Origin: an uncultured virus (IMG/VR IMGVR_UViG_3300032560_000010)
Lineage: Duplodnaviria > Heunggongvirae > Uroviricota > Caudoviricetes
Strand: one strand, 5' to 3'
Length of the DNA stretch: 20,000 bases
IMG/VR virus record: IMGVR_UViG_3300032560_000010
Coordinates: 53,227-73,226 of that record
Made by a program: the position numbers and the translations under genes. This document shows, piece after piece, positions 15,266 to 20,000 of this stretch; position 1 is the stretch's first letter, and each line of letters begins with the position of its first letter. Below the pieces are notes generated by a model. The model saw nothing but the letters and a program-made list of their open reading frames with translations, was not told the DNA's origin and ran no database searches.

Positions 15266-15981
15266 TATCCACCTAGAGGGTTAGAGCTTTGAGATATGAA
15301 TGATAACCCTTCCGAGGTAAATAATCCATTTTGTACGATGGGATCTGTAGTTTCAGGTTCATTATCACCAGCATCTACTATAATTTCATCCCCACCAGTT
15401 GTGATAGGATCACCAGTTTGATCTACAAATTCAAATCCATCATCTGAAAAATTAAATTTGGTTGAAATGTTATCAATTTCTGGTATGCCAGTATTTATTT
15501 TTTCGTTACTGTAGTTTACACGCTCACAGCGTATATCGTAATATGTTAACGTACCAGTGGTATAGAAGTTAGATTCATGTTCTACAAATTTAATTTCAAA
15601 TACAGAATGTGTCATTGGGAGATATATAAAATCTCCTTCAAGAGGTCTAATTAGATTAGGTTGGAATGCTGTAAATTCTTCATCCCATCTACTTCTCATC
15701 ATAGAGAATGTTATTTGGTCTGCCATACTAATACCAAATTTCTGCATTAGATCGCCTTCGCCCTGCCAGCCTTGGAAAGTCTTAATATAAACTTCAATAG
15801 AAGTGGCTTGATTAAATTGACTCAATGTATCTTCTAACCATAATTTATCAATATTTACATGAGAACGAGGCATATAATAGATATCAATACCTCTCTGCTT
15901 AATCATCTCAATTCCTAGATTATTAAGAAGTTGTTGTTCTCCATAAAATGAATAATTATCGAAATAGGTAGATACAGCCAT
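15265..15981 (-). CDS. gp14: Neck protein
   Basis: 238 aa; EQQLLNNLGIEMIKQRGIDIYYMPR, GEGDLMQKFG, RPLEGDFIYLP, FEIKFVEHE, YSNEKINTGIPEID. Confidence 0.95.
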   Translation of the reverse strand: MAVSTYFDNYSFYGEQQLLNNLGIEMIKQRGIDIYYMPRSHVNIDKLWLEDTLSQFNQATSIEVYIKTFQGWQGEGDLMQKFGISMADQITFSMMRSRWDEEFTAFQPNLIRPLEGDFIYLPMTHSVFEIKFVEHESNFYTTGTLTYYDIRCERVNYSNEKINTGIPEIDNISTKFNFSDDGFEFVDQTGDPITTGGDEIIVDAGDNEPETTDPIVQNGLFTSEGLSFISQSSNPLGG

Positions 15982-15985
15982 TATA

Positions 15986-16720
15986 TTACCCTGTCCAAAT
16001 AGATTGCGGAACGTTAGTTCTAGTCATAACTTCTTCCAATTTTATTATTTCGTTGGTGGCATCATTATATATTTTATCTCCGTTAAATACTGCACCACCC
16101 GGCAATGGAATATTACTGAATTTAGATAAATTTTCACCCCATTGTTGCTTAATCATTTGGGTGGCATATTTTTGAAGCCATCTATCGCCCCAAATAGAGG
16201 TATTAACAGTAGGATCAGCAATCATGTAGCATTCGATAACCAGATACTGCCCCGGCCCAACAATCGACCAATCAATATCAATATAGAGAGTGCTAGTTCT
16301 TCTATTAAATCTAATAGGAACATCACCTACAAGAAGTTGTTCTAAAAGTTGTATATGTTGCATTGCCATATAATATGGAACCATAGAAGTAGCAGTAAGA
16401 TCATATAGATCATTTAATGCAATTTGATATCTAATATTAAATAGATTATTAGTAGATAAAGAATCTCCTACAGGAAATACGTAATTTACGCCAATAATAT
16501 TAGCAGGTAAAGTGATATATCCATTACTTTGATCGGCTTGTTGTACAGCATATTTGTAATATTGTTTTTCTACGCCATCGTAATGATAATCCCAATAGAA
16601 TTGAAGAGCATCATCTATTCGGTCTTCGACTTGATCATCATCAACGTTAATTTGATTGACAGGCGCACCAATTCGTCTTAAACAATATTGTTTAAAATCT
16701 TCTCTCGATGCAGGAATCAT
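15986..16720 (-). CDS. gp13: Neck protein
   Basis: 244 aa; PASREDFKQYCLRRIGAPVNQINVDDDQVEDRIDDALQFYWDYHYDG, WLQKYATQMIKQQWGENLSKF, LPGGAVFNG. Confidence 0.95.
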   Translation of the reverse strand: MIPASREDFKQYCLRRIGAPVNQINVDDDQVEDRIDDALQFYWDYHYDGVEKQYYKYAVQQADQSNGYITLPANIIGVNYVFPVGDSLSTNNLFNIRYQIALNDLYDLTATSMVPYYMAMQHIQLLEQLLVGDVPIRFNRRTSTLYIDIDWSIVGPGQYLVIECYMIADPTVNTSIWGDRWLQKYATQMIKQQWGENLSKFSNIPLPGGAVFNGDKIYNDATNEIIKLEEVMTRTNVPQSIWTG

Positions 16721-16729
16721 ATAATTTCC

Positions 16730-17821
16730 TTAAAACGCTGAATAGAATGAAGCAAGGTTGAAGATTGTTTGAAGAGTAGCTCCATTAGTATATCTAACAC
16801 GATAAAATGTATTTCCAGATTGGGCACCTACAGCAGGAATAGTTGCAGTTGCGCCTGTACTCGCAACTGTGGTTACGTTTACTACTGCTCTCCATGTAGC
16901 CTGATTATCTAAAGATTGGTCTATGTAAAGAGTTCCTGCTTGATCCGAAAATGATACAGCCTTAAAATAGCAAAAATTACTGTTTGCAAGCTGTCTTCCT
17001 GTACCGGTAAATGTGGCAATTGCGCCTAATACAGTATTAGAATCTGTATATCCATTGGTAAGCATCAACGAACCAAGGGTATTATTTCCAGCTGGTAAAG
17101 GTGACGCAGGATCCATTCCTACGGTGACCAAAGAAACATCTGGTGCAGATGAAGTAATTGTGGTAACAGATACGTTACCTGTTCCAACAATAGCAGTCGA
17201 TAATCTAAGTCTTAACTGAGGATATCCAGAAACAGGAACCTGCCAGCTATGAATTCCTGCACCTGTGAATGTGAACGTTGTATCAGTAGCATAACTATCG
17301 GTTCTAGGTGCTTTTGTAGGAACCCAAGAATATCCATCAAATAGTTCGAATGTAGCCGCTCCACCTGTAATTGTTCCCTGAGGGGTTAGAGTTACAATTG
17401 CAGTATCAAATCCAGCTGTGTTTAAAGTTACAGCTGTGTTTAATGCAGTTCCACTAGTCCAAACGACATTATTAGGTGCTGTAAATCCATCTATGATAGG
17501 AATAGGGTTGGCATTAGTAACCAGAGCGCCATTATAAATTATTTGAGTGTTTGATGTTCCTTGTATAGCAACGTTACTTGATCCGATCAAGGCTACATTA
17601 CCCTGTACTACAACATTTCCTTGCGGTGAAGTTGTAACAACTCCTGACACTGTAACATTTGCTGTCCCTTGCACTACTACGGCAACATTAGATTGATCCG
17701 ATGCTAGAACAACGGGAGAAGATTGAGATGACACTCCTTGCCCAACAGATGGGGTTGTAAAAACGGCAGCTACATTACCATATGCGTCTCTTACATTAAG
17801 CTGAACTTGACCTGATGACAT
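16730..17821 (-). CDS. Putative virion structural protein, 363 aa
   Basis: Thr/Val/Gly/Asn-rich; N-terminal short beta repeats (VQGTANV, VQGNVAL, IQGTSNT) then two probable beta-sandwich modules; own late promoter and AAGGAG RBS. Confidence 0.6.
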   Translation of the reverse strand: MSSGQVQLNVRDAYGNVAAVFTTPSVGQGVSSQSSPVVLASDQSNVAVVVQGTANVTVSGVVTTSPQGNVVVQGNVALIGSSNVAIQGTSNTQIIYNGALVTNANPIPIIDGFTAPNNVVWTSGTALNTAVTLNTAGFDTAIVTLTPQGTITGGAATFELFDGYSWVPTKAPRTDSYATDTTFTFTGAGIHSWQVPVSGYPQLRLRLSTAIVGTGNVSVTTITSSAPDVSLVTVGMDPASPLPAGNNTLGSLMLTNGYTDSNTVLGAIATFTGTGRQLANSNFCYFKAVSFSDQAGTLYIDQSLDNQATWRAVVNVTTVASTGATATIPAVGAQSGNTFYRVRYTNGATLQTIFNLASFYSAF

Positions 17822-17846
17822 TAAATTTCTCCTTGTAGGTTTTTAT

Positions 17847-17854
17847 TATTTATG
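17847..17854 (-). promoter_or_regulatory. Late promoter CATAAATA
   Basis: Intergenic, 25 nt upstream of ATG 17821. Confidence 0.7.
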
Positions 17855-17858
17855 TAAA

Positions 17859-18824
17859 TTATGGAGTCAGGGCTGTGATAGCAGCTTTATACGTGGTATT
17901 AGTGGTAGATGTAGGGGTGATCAATATATTAATATTTGGAGTAGAATAAGAAACATCAGTTGTAAAAATTAATCCAGAAGTATAAACCATCCCATATTCC
18001 GTGGCTACAGCTGTGGTATTGTTTGAAGTCACAAGCAATTTTGTCGTATGTCTATCGCCAGTACTTAAGGTTCCTTGGATCGTTATTTCAAAAGAACCAT
18101 ACGGAAGGGAGGCTAATGTGAATTGGGTTATTGTATTAGAAGTTGCCGTTGCAGATAAATGTGAAGAGTTTCCGACAGCTAAAACTGAAGTTGTGGTTCC
18201 ACTTATTGTAAGATTAGATGTGATGGTAGAGCCTGTAGATACAACCTGTGACCATGTATTGCCAGAACGTTCTCTAAACCATAAACTAGGAGTGGATGTT
18301 CCTATTAGTTCGAATCCTCTAGTAGTAGTATCTCCACCACCCATAGAAAACCAATATACGAGGCTACCAGATAATCCAGCTGGATAATTATTGGATGTCG
18401 TTAGGTTTACAAATCTACTTTCATGTATTTGTGGATATGAATTAAAATCATATCCATAATATGTTCTGCCTCCTTGCATTGATGCATAAGTCACAACTTG
18501 CCCATTAGATGGGGTTACTGTATTAGCAAAAGATATTAAAGTAGAAATTAAATTATTAGTTGTTATGGTCCCCGTAGGAAAAGACAACGATGTAGAATTA
18601 GCTGTGATGGATGTTCCTAATGCCCATGATGATGAAACATATTGGTTAGGAACATTTGCACCAACATAAAATATTGAAGTTCCATTCGAAGAAACAATAG
18701 TAGAGTCTGTCAAATTCACTGCCAATGCCCCAGCAGGAATGTAGGAACCGTTAGCTGAATTTGTTGTATTAGGAAGATTTCCAGATGTGGAAGTCCTCTT
18801 AAATTGGATTATATTGTTAGCCAT
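17859..18824 (-). CDS. Putative fibre / virion appendage protein, 321 aa
   Basis: N-terminus IQFKRTSTSGNLP...GALAVNLTDSTI resembles the N-terminal motif of T4 distal long tail fibre subunits (IQFKRS...GELAINLKDRTI); Ser/Thr-rich; C-terminal TEYG-containing beta domain. Confidence 0.65.
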   Translation of the reverse strand: MANNIIQFKRTSTSGNLPNTTNSANGSYIPAGALAVNLTDSTIVSSNGTSIFYVGANVPNQYVSSSWALGTSITANSTSLSFPTGTITTNNLISTLISFANTVTPSNGQVVTYASMQGGRTYYGYDFNSYPQIHESRFVNLTTSNNYPAGLSGSLVYWFSMGGGDTTTRGFELIGTSTPSLWFRERSGNTWSQVVSTGSTITSNLTISGTTTSVLAVGNSSHLSATATSNTITQFTLASLPYGSFEITIQGTLSTGDRHTTKLLVTSNNTTAVATEYGMVYTSGLIFTTDVSYSTPNINILITPTSTTNTTYKAAITALTP

Positions 18825-18833
18825 TAATGAAGC

Positions 18834-18867
18834 CTCTATATAGAGTCAATTAAAAGAGTATATACTC
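18834..18867. repeat. Two perfect 12-bp palindromes in the leader of the fibre gene
   Basis: CTCTATATAGAG (18834-18845) and GAGTATATACTC (18856-18867), 10 nt apart, both with a TATATA core. Confidence 0.8.
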
Positions 18868-18871
18868 AGTT

Positions 18872-19393
18872 TTATTTATTTATGGATTTTTTCACTTTAA
18901 TAGGAGCTTTTTCAAGTTCTTCTACTTTATTAAGTAATTGTTTATATTTTGTCTCAAGGTCATTATAATCTTTTGCCATCATTATTTCACGATCTTTGGC
19001 ACTTGATAATTCTGAAGTAAAGGTAATTTTTTCAGATTTCATAAAATTATGATCATTAGTTAGCATCGAATTATTCCGTCTTAGGATAGCTAATTCTTCT
19101 AAAAATTTATTACGTTCAGATTCTATCTCTTTTAACGAATCAGTGGTAGACGATAAATTTTTAGATAAATCTTCTTTATCCCTAGATAATTCTGCTATTT
19201 GTATTTTGCATGATTCTATTTGTTTATTTTGAAGTTCAATATCATGTGTAAGATCTTCGACAAATTTAGAAGCTTCGTTATATTTTTTAGTAGCTAATTC
19301 TAGCTGGGTTTCCAGCATTATTTTTTGGGCAAGGAAATCATTCAGATATTCTTTAGACTTGCCCATATATGCATTTACAAATTCAACTTGCAT
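18872..19393 (-). CDS. Coiled-coil hypothetical protein, 173 aa
   Basis: Glu/Lys/Leu-rich heptad pattern over most of its length; late promoter motif upstream. Confidence 0.75.
   Translation of the reverse strand: MQVEFVNAYMGKSKEYLNDFLAQKIMLETQLELATKKYNEASKFVEDLTHDIELQNKQIESCKIQIAELSRDKEDLSKNLSSTTDSLKEIESERNKFLEELAILRRNNSMLTNDHNFMKSEKITFTSELSSAKDREIMMAKDYNDLETKYKQLLNKVEELEKAPIKVKKSINK
18877..18884 (-). promoter_or_regulatory. Late promoter CATAAATA in the last codons of the coiled-coil gene, serving the fibre gene
   Basis: CATAAATA encoded in ...TCC ATA AAT AAA TAA, 52 nt upstream of ATG 18824. Confidence 0.6.
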
Positions 19394-19411
19394 TATAATA
19401 ATTCCCCGTGA

Positions 19412-19419
19412 TATTTATG
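19412..19419 (-). promoter_or_regulatory. Late promoter CATAAATA
   Basis: Intergenic, 18 nt upstream of ATG 19393. Confidence 0.7.
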
Positions 19420-19431
19420 CATTTTCAGTTT

Positions 19432-20000
19432 TTAGAACGTTCCGCCATCCAAAGTACCCCATGCAGGTAGATTGTTGGTTACCTGAAGTATATATCCATT
19501 TGCAGCACCGATTCCCAATCTAGAAAGGGTGTTTGTGGCAGATGCATAAAGAATATCACCAGCTGCATAAGCATTCTGGGCTGTACCACCAGAAGTTGCA
19601 GCTAAAGGAGTAGATAAACTTAAACTGGTTGCAGATATATTGACTGCTACTGTAGCATTTGCTGTGGCAGTGATAGATGTAGAATTAACAACAAATGCAC
19701 CAGAGTTGCCCCAAGGTTGTAGATATGCCTGAAGTGGCATAATGGTATCAGCACCAATAGTTGTAAGAGTTGGTTTTGTATTTACCGCAAATAATACGAA
19801 TGCGTTTGCAGCAGCAACACGGCCAACTCCATAATATGCAGTTCCATAAAAGTTAATTGTATTTGCTTGGGTTGTGCCTGTGAAGTTAGAAGACATCACA
19901 ATTACTGTAGAGTTTACAGAAGTTACAGTAGCACCGGCAGGAAATCCTACAGCGCCAGATGTTATAACTTGACCGGCTGCAATATTAGTAGTAGAAGATG
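19432..20000 (-). CDS. 3' part of a putative tail fibre / structural protein (starts beyond right edge)
   Basis: Frame is open to the window edge (SSTTNIAAGQVITSGAVGFPAGATVTSVNSTVIV precedes the track's start). C-terminus PLAATSGGT...GDILYASATNTLSRLGIG...WGTLDGGTF is fibre-like. Confidence 0.65.
   Translation of the reverse strand, partial: SSTTNIAAGQVITSGAVGFPAGATVTSVNSTVIVMSSNFTGTTQANTINFYGTAYYGVGRVAAANAFVLFAVNTKPTLTTIGADTIMPLQAYLQPWGNSGAFVVNSTSITATANATVAVNISATSLSLSTPLAATSGGTAQNAYAAGDILYASATNTLSRLGIGAANGYILQVTNNLPAWGTLDGGTF

Noticed and set aside
4076..18387. Remaining short track ORFs overlapping called genes (e.g. 4076, 5057, 5458, 5694, 5839, 7229, 8245, 8423, 9384, 11711, 13011, 14317, 14558, 16142, 17013, 18001)
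   Set aside because: All overlap well-supported minus-strand genes and lack independent signals.
16730..20000. Diversity-generating retroelement target among the fibre genes
   Set aside because: No reverse transcriptase and no adenine-variant repeat pair visible in this window.
1..20000. tRNA, rRNA or CRISPR array
   Set aside because: Intergenic gaps are about 110 nt or less and are explained by promoters, RBSs and a terminator; no cloverleaf or repeat-spacer pattern seen.

Overview
AT-rich phage DNA carrying the core virion morphogenesis cluster of a T4-like myovirus, almost entirely on the minus strand. In transcription order (right to left): four fibre/structural or coiled-coil genes, gp13, gp14, gp15, gp16, gp17, gp18, gp19, gp20, gp67, two unknown head-region genes, gp21, gp22, gp23, a UUCG terminator, then gp3, uvsY and the probable start of uvsW. 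The standout is the large terminase (gp17/TerL), which is interrupted twice. (1) A 321-aa Ala1 cis-intein with the class 3 W-C-T signature and a LAGLIDADG domain sits in the Walker A loop (GK|T). (2) The gene is split into two ORFs by an atypically split intein (32-aa IntN, 107-aa IntC, junction QEFE|CEFL), with a free-standing HNH endonuclease gene between the halves; a TATAAATA late-promoter motif and its ribosome-binding site are embedded in the IntN coding tail. A ~555-aa terminase would therefore need one cis- and one trans-splicing reaction. Also found: two small genes missed by the ORF track (gp67, and a 46-aa antisense gene driven from back-to-back sigma70-type promoters), a recurrent CATAAATA late-promoter variant, and tandem palindromes in a fibre-gene leader. 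Family assignments come from recognising motifs by eye; no database search was run.
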